Shown here: positions 55,600-64,000 of the stretch, one piece after another
How positions within the stretch are numbered: the first letter of the stretch is position 1
Layout of the letters: the number at the start of each line of letters is the position of its first letter
Assembly (NCBI GenBank): GCA_965660305.1
Contig: CBFHZD010000005.1
Coordinates: 7,886 to 71,885, forward strand
DNA: 64,000 bases
Source of the DNA: Flavobacteriales bacterium
GTDB taxonomy: Bacteria; Bacteroidota; Bacteroidia; Flavobacteriales_D; CAJJDF01
Direction: 5' to 3'
Translations under genes and position numbers: made by a program
Notes under the pieces: model-generated
The model's input: only the letters and a program-made list of their open reading frames with translations
What the model was told of the DNA's origin: nothing
Databases searched by the model: none

Positions 55600-57198
55600 T
55601 TAAAAATTTGACAATGAATTATTCTTAGGGTATTTTACTTCGTACTTTATTTTATAAACCTTTGATTCTCCTTTTGGAATTGACTCTTTCCAAGTTAATT
55701 TACCTGTATTATCCTCTTTTTTAGCCCCTGAAATATCACCAACACTTATTTCTATATTATCGTCACTAGAGATTGGGACTTGATCTTCCAACATAATATC
55801 TATATCCAAGTCTTTTTTATTTTTAATGGTAATTTGAATCTCCATATCCACTTTTTTCTTACCTCCCAATACTGCATTTTTACTGAAGTCTCTTGTTTTT
55901 TCACGCTCTACCAGAATGTTCTTATCAATTCCCAAAATAAGGCTCATGGTATCTTCGGTAGCACTGGGATTAATGAACGTAGTACCAACGAAAGTCCCTT
56001 CTAAAAACAAATTGGCAGAACCAGGTAAAAAGTTATATTTTTCCCAATCCTTGATGTTGGCAATCAAAAACACGTTGCAATTGTATTTTGGAGCGGAATA
56101 ATACAAGTAATTAGCATCCATGACAAATTCTTCAATATCAACGGCAGCCTTTCCATTTCTTCCACTTATAGAATAGGGCAGTTTAATGGCATACTCTCTG
56201 CTCACCATATTCTCTGTAGCAGTGGTATAACTAGCCATCGATTTGGAATTATAACTGTCTTCTGCAACCTCACTCATTTCTGCTGCAGGAGCATAAGCTC
56301 TGTTGGATTGACTAATTGCGTAATTTAACTTTTTACTCCTGTTATTCTGAAACCTTAATACCCAAGGATGAATAGTTGGTAAAACTCCTATGTTTGAAGG
56401 ACTCGTGGTAGAAAGAGTAAGCTCAACATCCTTCCAATCGATGGAAGAATTTTGGTAAATTTTGGCCTTACAAATTGCTCTTACTTTGTCTCCAATTCCA
56501 TCAGTTTTTATCTCATAGAAAGGGGTCCATCCTATATTTTGAACGACATATTCAATCTTGATAGAAACCTCTTGGACTTTCTCAGAAATCACTTCCACAT
56601 TCAATACATTTCCTCTTGTTTTGTATCCCAATTTAGTCAGTTGGCTGTTCAACGCATTTCTTTCCTTTACATACTTTGATATCAATTTATTTTTCATGTA
56701 ACTAAGAGAATCCAATCGGTTAAGGTTGTTTCGATAAAACTCTACTAAATCCAACATATTATCCAAATTGAACCCACTATTTACACCATTCGCACTTTTA
56801 TTGTAAAGAATGGCATTTTTTTCGTACTCTAAATTTTGAGCTTGCTTTCTTGTTAACTCTTCTTTCGTTTTTAACTCCTCAATATCCTCGAGAATAGAAA
56901 TAATTTGTGAGGGCTGCATGGACCTTTCTAGATTCTCGCTATTCACATTATTTGATAAAACAGTAATTCCACCCGTTCCCGAAACCTGGATAGTTGGGCT
57001 TACAATACTGTTCTCCATTCCAATAAATTTAACTCTGTTTGTTCCTTTCTCCAATCTTACGGTTTGAACTCTGGTTAATTGAGCCTGGTTTGAAAAGACA
57101 GTCGCTTCTTTCACTTCGGAGATAACATTTATTTGCCCGAAAGAAAAACTAGAAACGATGAGAAAAAGAATTAAGGATAATTTTATTGTAATCTTCAT
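55600..57198 (-). CDS. DUF4140/DUF4139 (mucoidy-inhibitor MuiA-like) secreted protein
   Basis: The N-terminus EATVFSNQAQLTRVQTVRLEKGTNRVKFIGMENSIVSPTIQVSG is DUF4140-like, followed by a central coiled coil. Start moved to ATG 57198 (MKITIKLSLILFLIVSSFSFGQ), because a -7 box overlaps the longer start. Confidence 0.7.
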   Translation of the reverse strand: MKITIKLSLILFLIVSSFSFGQINVISEVKEATVFSNQAQLTRVQTVRLEKGTNRVKFIGMENSIVSPTIQVSGTGGITVLSNNVNSENLERSMQPSQIISILEDIEELKTKEELTRKQAQNLEYEKNAILYNKSANGVNSGFNLDNMLDLVEFYRNNLNRLDSLSYMKNKLISKYVKERNALNSQLTKLGYKTRGNVLNVEVISEKVQEVSIKIEYVVQNIGWTPFYEIKTDGIGDKVRAICKAKIYQNSSIDWKDVELTLSTTSPSNIGVLPTIHPWVLRFQNNRSKKLNYAISQSNRAYAPAAEMSEVAEDSYNSKSMASYTTATENMVSREYAIKLPYSISGRNGKAAVDIEEFVMDANYLYYSAPKYNCNVFLIANIKDWEKYNFLPGSANLFLEGTFVGTTFINPSATEDTMSLILGIDKNILVEREKTRDFSKNAVLGGKKKVDMEIQITIKNKKDLDIDIMLEDQVPISSDDNIEISVGDISGAKKEDNTGKLTWKESIPKGESKVYKIKYEVKYPKNNSLSNF

Positions 57199-57219
57199 TG
57201 TGGAGTTTATTTTTTTTAT

Positions 57220-57227
57220 CAAATTTA
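57220..57227 (-). promoter_or_regulatory. -7 promoter box (TAAATTTG on minus strand) for 55600..57198
   Basis: The plus strand reads CAAATTTA, 22 nt upstream of ATG 57198. Confidence 0.5.
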
Positions 57228-57294
57228 TAAAAGTAAAGATAGCATCAATTCGCTGAAAAACAATAACGATACTTGATGCAAAATAGTATAAATC

Positions 57295-58059
57295 ATGACA
57301 AAACCTCTCATATTAGTAACCAATGATGATGGCATCACCGCCCCAGGATTAAAAGCTTTGGTAGAAGTAGCATCAGAACTAGGAAAAGTAATTGTAATAG
57401 CACCTGACAGTCCTCAATCTGGAATGGGCCATGCTATTACAGTGAATAATCCCATACGGATTGAAAAAAGCGAAGTATTTAGTGGTTTGGAAGCCTATAC
57501 CTGCTCTGGAACTCCTGTGGACTGCGTAAAAGTTGGAATTTTCCAACTTCTAAAACAAAAGCCAGACCTCATTGTTTCTGGAATAAATCACGGCTCTAAT
57601 GCAGCTACCAACGTTATTTATTCGGGAACTATGTCTGCTGCCGTGGAAGGCTCCATGGAAAACATTCCTTCAGTAGGATTTTCATTGGACGATTTTTCTC
57701 ATGAAGCTGATTTCGAGCCTACACAATATTTTGCCCGCAAAATAATGGAAAAAGCGCTAAACTCAGATTTCCCCAGTCAAATATGCCTGAATGTAAATAT
57801 CCCTAAACTTCCTTTAAGTAAATTGAAAGGAATTAAAGTGTGCCGTCAAGCAATGGCATTTTGGGAAGACAGATTTGATGAAAGGGAAGATCCTTTGGGC
57901 AAAAAATATTATTGGCTTACTGGCAAATTCAAGGATCAAGAAGAGGCAAAAGACACGGATATGGATGCGCTAAAAAATGGCTACGTTTCCGTTGTTCCCG
58001 TTCAGTTTGATATGACTGCTCATCACACCATTAACGAGCTAAATAAATGGAATTTGTAA
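57295..58059 (+). CDS. surE: 5'/3'-nucleotidase SurE
   Basis: ILVTNDDGITAPGL and SGINHGSNA signatures; 254 aa. Confidence 0.95.
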   Translation: MTKPLILVTNDDGITAPGLKALVEVASELGKVIVIAPDSPQSGMGHAITVNNPIRIEKSEVFSGLEAYTCSGTPVDCVKVGIFQLLKQKPDLIVSGINHGSNAATNVIYSGTMSAAVEGSMENIPSVGFSLDDFSHEADFEPTQYFARKIMEKALNSDFPSQICLNVNIPKLPLSKLKGIKVCRQAMAFWEDRFDEREDPLGKKYYWLTGKFKDQEEAKDTDMDALKNGYVSVVPVQFDMTAHHTINELNKWNL

Positions 58060-58479
58060 CTCAGCAACCATTAGTAATCAACCAATTTTACAAGAATTAC
58101 AAACTAATCAATTGTTTCCTTTCTTGAGTCGAATCCGTTCAATTTTGTTGACCATCACATTTTGTATAAAGTTGTGATTGGCTTGTAAATTATTCACATC
58201 AATCTGAAGATACTGATACAATTCTCTAATCACATTGTCGTACTCTTGTTTTCCCTAACAGTTTGGGAACATTCCGTCTGGAGTTTCTGTCTTTTGGTTT
58301 CTGAAGCTGGTCTTTTAAAAAAAGCGATTAATTGATCTAACAGCTAGTTTAATTTAATTTTTAATCGTAAATAGAAATTTAACTTTTAGAGAGGTAAGGT
58401 GCAATTAAGCAAAATACCGACTCATTTTAGCTTACGAATTAATCTGATGTAAGTAAAAATATGAAACCAAGATATCAGA

Positions 58480-59667
58480 TTACTTGTTGTATTCTTTCAA
58501 AGCATTCTCTAAACAGTCCATGGCTTTGTTCAGGTCCGCTTCATTCAAAACATAGGCAATTCTGATTTCCTTTTCTCCCATACCTGGAGTAGAATAAAAA
58601 CCTGCTGCTGGTGCGAACATAACTGTGTTTCCTTCGTATGAGAACTCTTCAAGCAACCATTGGCAGAATTTTTCTGCATTATCTACTGGCAACTGCGCAA
58701 TAGCATAAAAGGCTCCTTTAGGTTTTGGACAAACAACACCTTCCATGTTATTTAATCTCGCTACCACAACATCTCTTCTCTTTTGGTACTCCACTTGTAC
58801 CTCATCAAAATAGGATTGAGGAGTATCTAAAGCCGCTTCACCTGCTATTTGACCCAAAGTTGGCGGACTCAATCTTGCCTGACCAAATTTAAGGGCATTG
58901 GAAATTAAGCTCGTGTTTTTGGATACAATTGCCCCTATTCTTGCACCACACATGCTGTATCGCTTGGATACAGAGTCTATCATAATTACATTCTCTTCGA
59001 TTCCCTCTAAATTCAATACCGAAAATGGTTCAGAACCGTAACAAAACTCTCTGTACACTTCATCCGCAAATAAAAATAGGTCATACTTTTTTACCAAGTC
59101 TCTTAATACTTCAAGTTCTTCTTTGGTATAGACGTATCCAGTTGGATTTGCAGGATTACAAATGACTATTGCCTTCGTTTTATCAGTGATTAATTTTTCA
59201 AAATCTTTGGCAGGAGGAAGAGCAAATCCGTCTTCTATTCTTGCAGTAATTGGTTTTACGCTCACCCCACTCGAGGTAGCAAATCCATTGTAATTAGCAT
59301 AAAAGGGCTCAGGGATAATCACTTCATCTCCCGGATTAAGGCAAACCTGCATTCCAAAAAGTAAAGCTTCAGAACCTCCCGTGGTTATCATAATATGCTC
59401 GGGACTCACTGGAATTTTGTTCTTGGTGTAATAAGCAGCAAGCTTGTTCCGGTAGGATTCGTAGCCTGCCGAGTGGCTATATTCTATGACGGTTCTGTCA
59501 ATGTTTTTGATTCTTTCCAGAACCACTTCTGGAGTCTTAATATCGGGTTGACCAATGTTCAAATGAAAGACATGAACTCCTCTTTTCTTAGCACCTTCAG
59601 AAAATGGCACTAATTTACGAATTGGTGATTCAGGCATTTGAATCGCTTTGTTAGATAATTGTGGCAT
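58480..59667 (-). CDS. class I/II pyridoxal-phosphate-dependent aminotransferase (aspartate aminotransferase-like)
   Basis: NPANPTG, the SVSKRYSMCGARIG PLP-lysine block and the N-terminal SPIRKL motif. Confidence 0.9.
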   Translation of the reverse strand: MPQLSNKAIQMPESPIRKLVPFSEGAKKRGVHVFHLNIGQPDIKTPEVVLERIKNIDRTVIEYSHSAGYESYRNKLAAYYTKNKIPVSPEHIMITTGGSEALLFGMQVCLNPGDEVIIPEPFYANYNGFATSSGVSVKPITARIEDGFALPPAKDFEKLITDKTKAIVICNPANPTGYVYTKEELEVLRDLVKKYDLFLFADEVYREFCYGSEPFSVLNLEGIEENVIMIDSVSKRYSMCGARIGAIVSKNTSLISNALKFGQARLSPPTLGQIAGEAALDTPQSYFDEVQVEYQKRRDVVVARLNNMEGVVCPKPKGAFYAIAQLPVDNAEKFCQWLLEEFSYEGNTVMFAPAAGFYSTPGMGEKEIRIAYVLNEADLNKAMDCLENALKEYNK

Positions 59668-59689
59668 AAAGCTTTGTTTTTAGTGGCTA

Positions 59690-59697
59690 CAAACTTA
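59690..59697 (-). promoter_or_regulatory. -7 promoter box (TAAGTTTG on minus strand) for the aminotransferase gene
   Basis: The plus strand reads CAAACTTA, 23 nt upstream of ATG 59667. Confidence 0.5.
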
Positions 59698-59916
59698 AAT
59701 AAAATTGAAGTAAAAAATCATAAAAAAAAACTGAATTAATTATTCGAATAATTTGCACAAACAAACAGCAAAGACTCTAATGAAAACTACAGATTATTTT
59801 TAAGGAAAAACATTACAAAACAGACAAAAAAAATCAAACTATTTTCTCTTTAACAGACTAAAGTCACTCGAACTAGAATGAGAAATTGAAGAATAGTTCT
59901 TTAATTAAAAACAAAT

Positions 59917-60486
59917 CTAAAAACAACTTAATTCTTTGTTTAATCTATTGAGAGGTAAGCCTACTACATTAAAATAATCTCCTTCAATTTTATAAATCCC
60001 AACAAAACCTATCCATTCTTGTATGCCATAGGATCCCGCCTTGTCATAAGGTTCGCAATTATCAATGTAAAACTCAATTTCTTCGGGAGATAATTCTTTA
60101 AAAAACACTTTGGTCACCTCATAAAAACTATGTGTTTTTTTCTGAGATTTTAAAGTTACTGCGGTAATTACTTCGTGTTCTTTTCCCGATAAACTTTTAA
60201 GCATTTCTATTGCCTGTACTCTGCTCTTGGGCTTTCCAAGCTGCTGGTTTTCATTCCAAACAATGGTGTCGGAGGTAATGATCAATTCATCTTCCTTCAA
60301 TTCACTTTCAAATGCTTGTGCTTTAAGATTTGACAAAAACAAGGGAATTTCCTCTTTGTGCAAAGCAGGAGGAAATAGCTCTTCTATCTCTTTTGTTTTT
60401 ATCACGAAATCCAATCCCAACCCTTCCAACAATTCCTTCCTTCTAGGAGATTTAGAACCTAAAATTATACTGTATTTTTTATTCAT
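59917..60486 (-). CDS. maf: Maf-family nucleoside triphosphate pyrophosphatase
   Basis: ILGSKSPRRKELL, SDTIV and YGIQE motifs. Its start overlaps the upstream gene's stop by 4 nt. Confidence 0.9.
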   Translation of the reverse strand: MNKKYSIILGSKSPRRKELLEGLGLDFVIKTKEIEELFPPALHKEEIPLFLSNLKAQAFESELKEDELIITSDTIVWNENQQLGKPKSRVQAIEMLKSLSGKEHEVITAVTLKSQKKTHSFYEVTKVFFKELSPEEIEFYIDNCEPYDKAGSYGIQEWIGFVGIYKIEGDYFNVVGLPLNRLNKELSCF

Positions 60487-61421
60487 GACTTTACTTTTTC
60501 AGGTCTTCCTGCTGCTACTAATTTTGGCAACCAGTATGAATTTGTACTCACATTAGTTATCATTATTCCTCGACTTGAACTGGCATGAATCATAACAAGA
60601 TCATCCCCTGGCTCCGAAATAACAATCCCAACATGTGTAATGTTATTTTTGCTTCTATTTTTAGAAAAAAAGATTAAATCTCCTTTTTGAGCTTCATTTA
60701 TTTTTATTTGTTTGATGTATTCTTTTTGAGACCTGGCGTTTCTAGGTAATTCGGCTCCATACCTTCCCAAAACAAATTGCGTATATCCTGAACAATCAAA
60801 TCCACCATCTCCAGTTCCACCAAAAACATAGGGAACACCTATAAACTTTTTGGCATAATTTATCATTTTATCAACCTCATCCAAGTACAAATCCTCGCAC
60901 AAAGTATCCACTACTGAGGCCTTAAATTCAGCGTTGAATTTCTCCTCTTTTTTAGAATCATCCTTCACCACAACCACTCTTTTTCTTTCCTTAACTGGAG
61001 ATTTCATCTCTTGTTTTTTGAGATAAGTGAAGGCTTCTTTGTCAATTCCTGTCAATTTATTTTTTGAATAAATCAATTCTAAATCTTCGAGCAAACAGGA
61101 GGACTCTTGCTGAAACTGAAGTTGCTTATCCAATTCATAATAATTTTCATAAGCATTTACCGATTCCTTTAGAACATCCGAATGAGATTTGGTGTAGCGA
61201 GCATCCTGCGACAATTTGGCTAAAGCTACTGCTTTGAATAAATGTACTAACTCATTGTCTTCGTAGCCTCTTTTATCTATCATTTTTGAGGTTTTACGAA
61301 CAATAGAACGGTAATTGTGTTGGTTGTACAAAACCTCAAGCACATCAACTTTTCTGTCTTGTGCCAACGACTGCAAACCAAGGAATAAAAAAAATAAGAC
61401 AAATGGAAGACTGTTTTTCAT
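60483..61421 (-). CDS. NlpC/P60 (C40) peptidoglycan endopeptidase with N-terminal helical domain
   Basis: GVPYVFGGTGDGGFDCSGYTQFV catalytic Cys block, then HVGIV (His). A signal peptide is present. Confidence 0.85.
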   Translation of the reverse strand: MKNSLPFVLFFLFLGLQSLAQDRKVDVLEVLYNQHNYRSIVRKTSKMIDKRGYEDNELVHLFKAVALAKLSQDARYTKSHSDVLKESVNAYENYYELDKQLQFQQESSCLLEDLELIYSKNKLTGIDKEAFTYLKKQEMKSPVKERKRVVVVKDDSKKEEKFNAEFKASVVDTLCEDLYLDEVDKMINYAKKFIGVPYVFGGTGDGGFDCSGYTQFVLGRYGAELPRNARSQKEYIKQIKINEAQKGDLIFFSKNRSKNNITHVGIVISEPGDDLVMIHASSSRGIMITNVSTNSYWLPKLVAAGRPEKVKS

Positions 61422-61440
61422 GGTGTAAAGTATGATTTCT

Positions 61441-61448
61441 CAAAAGTA
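61441..61448 (-). promoter_or_regulatory. -7 promoter box (TACTTTTG on minus strand) for the NlpC/P60-maf operon
   Basis: The plus strand reads CAAAAGTA, 20 nt upstream of ATG 61421. Confidence 0.5.
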
Positions 61449-61584
61449 ACCTGAAATTACCTTACATATTTCATTCCAAAATTTTAGAAATGAATAGTTG
61501 GATCTTGAAAACTCGATACACAACAAATACAAAAAGAATTATGGATAAAACAGAGGATATACTTTTTATTCATAAAAGAATGAT

Positions 61585-61592
61585 TAATTTTG
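61585..61592 (+). promoter_or_regulatory. -7 promoter box TAATTTTG for ndk
   Basis: Exact TAnnTTTG match 18 nt upstream of the ATG. Confidence 0.5.
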
Positions 61593-61610
61593 CCCAAAAT
61601 TTAACAGAAA

Positions 61611-62030
61611 ATGGCAAATAACATCACATTTACAATGATTAAGCCCGAGGCAGTAGCAAACGGGACAACTGGAAAAATTATCGATATGATAATTGAAGCA
61701 GGATTTAAAATTAAAGCAATGAAATTGAAGCAACTTTCTAAGGAAGAAGCTGGAGAATTTTACGCTGTGCACAAAGAAAGACCGTTTTACGGTGAATTGG
61801 TTGACTACATGAGTGAAGGGCCAATCGTTGCTGCGATTTTGGAAAAAGACAATGCAGTAGCAGATTTCAGAACTTTAATAGGATCAACGGATCCTGCTGA
61901 AGCTGCAGAAGGAACGATCAGAAAAGCTTACGCTGAATCAAAAGCAAAAAATGCTTGCCACGGAAGTGACAGCGATGAAAATGCTCAAATTGAAGCTAAC
62001 TTTCACTTTTCGGCAAACGAAATATTCTAA
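61611..62030 (+). CDS. ndk: nucleoside-diphosphate kinase
   Basis: [10 protein letters not shown] and NACHGSDS (active-site His) signatures; 139 aa. Confidence 0.95.
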   Translation: MANNITFTMIKPEAVANGTTGKIIDMIIEAGFKIKAMKLKQLSKEEAGEFYAVHKERPFYGELVDYMSEGPIVAAILEKDNAVADFRTLIGSTDPAEAAEGTIRKAYAESKAKNACHGSDSDENAQIEANFHFSANEIF

Positions 62031-62050
62031 GAAATCGTTTCAGATTTTAC

Positions 62051-62086
62051 AAAAAATGCCCTTGACTATTCAAGGGCATTTTTTTT
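62051..62086. terminator. bidirectional rho-independent terminator between ndk and lhgO
   Basis: aaaaaATGCCCTTGA-ctat-TCAAGGGCATttttttt. A 10-bp stem is flanked by an A-run and a T-run. Confidence 0.8.
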
Positions 62087-62118
62087 GATTTTAGGTCTGA
62101 GGTATATTCTAACAAAAC

Positions 62119-63318
62119 TTAATCCTTAATCATATCTACAATCTTTTGTCCAATTGCTAAACCAGCAGTTGCGGCAGGTGAAGGAGCATTAAGTACATGA
62201 ATGCTGTTTCCACTGTATTCTATTCGGAAATCGTCACGAGTTTCTCCATTCACTCCCAATAATTGTGCACGGACTCCACTCCTTCCCTTTTTCAAATCAT
62301 CCATCTCCAAACTAGGTATCATTCTTTGGAGTGTTTCCAGAAATAATTTTTTTGAAAACGCTCTTCTATATTCCATCCAAGCATATTTGGTGTTTTCCGT
62401 AAGAAGTTTCCAGGTTCCGGAGTAGCTCAATGCATCTGCTGTGTCCTTCAAACTAAAAGAAGTTCTGTTGTATCCCTCTCTTTTAAATGAAAAAACAGCA
62501 TTGGGTCCACATTCTATTTCTCCATCGGTCATTCGAGTAAAATGGACACCCAAGAATGGGAAATCTGGATTGGGAACAGGATAAATCAAATGTTTTACCT
62601 TATGCTTGGCTTGCTCGGTAAGTTCATAATAATCGCCCCTGAACGGAACAACTTTTTCTTTTAAACTTACACCGTCTTTTTTAGCCAGCCTATCTGCTTG
62701 AAGACCTCCACAAAATATCAATCTTTTTGCCTTATATCTTGCCTTGGTAGTTACCAATTCTGAGACATCTCCTTTCACAATCTCTTTTACTTCTTCGCCC
62801 AGTTTTATTTCAGCCGGAACAGTGTGTTGTTTTATCAAATCGGCCAACTTATATACGGTAGCCCGATAGTCGATAATTCCTGTACAGGCCACATGAATTC
62901 CTCCAATTGATTCTACAAAAGGCTCTATTTGTTTCACCTCATCTGCAGTTATTTTACTAATACCCTCTGTTTTATTGGCAATACCGTTTTGATAAATTTT
63001 ATTCATGAAGGGCAATTCCTTTTCGTCTGTTGCAACAATTACTTTACCACATACATCATGCGGCACTTTGTATTTCTTAGCAAAAGCAACCAGCTCATGC
63101 CTTCCTTCTCTGCAATTTTCGGCCTTTAAAGATCCTGGTGTATAATAAAGTCCTGAGTGAATTACTCCTGAATTATTACCAGTTTGATGTTGAGACAATT
63201 CATTTTCCTTCTCCACCACTACAATTGTTGCTTGTGGAAATTTAAGCGTAAGCTTATAAGCTGTTGAAAGCCCTACTATTCCTCCTCCTATAACTGCGTA
63301 ATCGTATATTTTTGGCAT
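62119..63318 (-). CDS. lhgO: L-2-hydroxyglutarate oxidase-like FAD-dependent oxidoreductase
   Basis: YDYAVIGGGIVGLSTAYKL dinucleotide-binding motif and DAO-family layout. Start moved to ATG 63318 (MPKIYDY). The longer ORF would overlap the divergent thioesterase gene and its promoter box. Confidence 0.75.
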   Translation of the reverse strand: MPKIYDYAVIGGGIVGLSTAYKLTLKFPQATIVVVEKENELSQHQTGNNSGVIHSGLYYTPGSLKAENCREGRHELVAFAKKYKVPHDVCGKVIVATDEKELPFMNKIYQNGIANKTEGISKITADEVKQIEPFVESIGGIHVACTGIIDYRATVYKLADLIKQHTVPAEIKLGEEVKEIVKGDVSELVTTKARYKAKRLIFCGGLQADRLAKKDGVSLKEKVVPFRGDYYELTEQAKHKVKHLIYPVPNPDFPFLGVHFTRMTDGEIECGPNAVFSFKREGYNRTSFSLKDTADALSYSGTWKLLTENTKYAWMEYRRAFSKKLFLETLQRMIPSLEMDDLKKGRSGVRAQLLGVNGETRDDFRIEYSGNSIHVLNAPSPAATAGLAIGQKIVDMIKD

Positions 63319-63407
63319 TGATAATGTGTTAGTTTTCGTAAAGATAAAAAACCTTTTCATTGTGATTCTTGAGAAAGCCGGAATAACATTCAAATAAAAT
63401 AAATAAT

Positions 63408-63415
63408 TACCTTTG
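63408..63415 (+). promoter_or_regulatory. -7 promoter box TACCTTTG for the thioesterase gene
   Basis: Exact TAnnTTTG match 19 nt upstream of ATG 63435. Confidence 0.5.
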
Positions 63416-63434
63416 AAGTCTAACAAAAAACAAA

Positions 63435-63836
63435 ATGGATTTTTCAACTGATATAAAAATTAGAGGCTTTCATATTGATGTATTTGGGCACATGAACAAT
63501 GCCCGATACCTAGAGCTAATGGAAGAAGCAAGATGGAGATACATTGATGCTACTAACTTTCAGGAGTATTTAACCAAAAACAATTGGGGATTTGCTGTTG
63601 TAAATATCAATATTTCATACAAAAGACCTGCCCACAATGGGGATATATTGACTTTTACTCAAACCATTAAAAGAATGGGGAATTCAAGTATGACAATTGA
63701 CCAAGTGATGACCAAGAAAAGTACAGGCGAACTTGTTGCTAGTGCGGAGGTAACTTTTGTAGTGCTCGATTTGGCTACCCACAGACCTGCACGTATAACG
63801 GACGAAATAAAGAATGCTTTTGCTACACCAAAATAA
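63435..63836 (+). CDS. acyl-CoA thioesterase, 4HBT/YbgC-like hotdog fold
   Basis: IRGFHIDVFGHMNNARYLELMEEARW is typical of the 4HBT N-terminus; 133 aa. Confidence 0.85.
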   Translation: MDFSTDIKIRGFHIDVFGHMNNARYLELMEEARWRYIDATNFQEYLTKNNWGFAVVNINISYKRPAHNGDILTFTQTIKRMGNSSMTIDQVMTKKSTGELVASAEVTFVVLDLATHRPARITDEIKNAFATPK

Positions 63837-64000
63837 TGAAAGAAATCCATTCAACTCAGCATTTCAATCCTATGAAAACTGGATTCTATAAATAGTATTC
63901 CCCGATTTTTCCGAAAAAATCAACCCGTTGAATAAGATTTCTGCCTTCGAAGCAATAACCAAAAGAATATAAAAACGACAAAATGAATATCAAATTAATT

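Noticed and set aside
1-64000. Searched by eye for rRNA, tRNA, tmRNA, RNase P RNA, CRISPR arrays, transposases, integrases, phage genes and known defence-system genes.
   Set aside because: No spaced direct-repeat array was seen. No tRNA-like T-arm was seen outside coding context; a ggttcgat at about 9270 lies inside a CDS. No conserved RNase P or tmRNA boxes were seen. None of the ORF translations resembles a recombinase, RT, helicase-nuclease, methyltransferase or toxin-antitoxin. The window looks like core chromosome plus surface-protein genes.
63850-64000. Possible gene fragment at the right edge: a plus-strand ATG at 63983 (MNIKLI...) or a minus-strand open frame ending at a TAG near 63891.
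   Set aside because: The first candidate covers only 6 codons and the second about 35. The two are mutually exclusive, and neither has a recognisable motif or promoter box, so neither can be supported.

Overview
This is an AT-rich (roughly mid-30s % GC by eye), densely coding chromosomal segment. It looks like Bacteroidota, probably Flavobacteriales. That placement is an inference from type-A and type-B T9SS C-terminal sorting domains, a PorP/SprF gene, TAnnTTTG -7 promoter boxes and A-rich leaders without Shine-Dalgarno sequences.

I call about 56 protein-coding genes, mostly core housekeeping: yidC, aroQ, menF, anmK, maeB, ppa, rnz, tag, folD, ffh, argS, murB, surE, maf, ndk and lhgO. I found no rRNA, tRNA, CRISPR array, transposase or integrase, prophage or recognisable defence genes.

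The non-core content is cell-surface and secretome:
- A gap-free five-gene minus-strand operon (2190-9494) joins two type-A-CTD T9SS cargo proteins to PorP/SprF-like, TPR-PD40-OmpA-like-DUF1573 and DinB genes.
- One cargo family has three paralogues. One (29336-30412) carries a type-A CTD. Two tandem copies (46778-50024) carry type-B CTDs, and their last 300 nt are about 99% identical while the rest is diverged.
- A 1285-aa type-B-CTD adhesin-like protein lies at 51284-55141.

Other oddities:
- A hairpin-armed ~100-nt repeat occurs in two copies.
- A dihydroorotase-like protein appears to lack its zinc ligands.
- A split HdrD/DsrMK-like membrane Fe-S module has a HAD-like gene inserted between its two parts.
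- An LptD-like ORF has no canonical start codon for its signal peptide.
- A 420-bp ORF-free gap lies between convergent genes.

Several naive ORFs are over-extended at the 5' end, and I re-called their starts using signal peptides and promoter boxes. I did not find a convincing self-contained novel system. The T9SS-related loci are the best candidates and are scored modestly.
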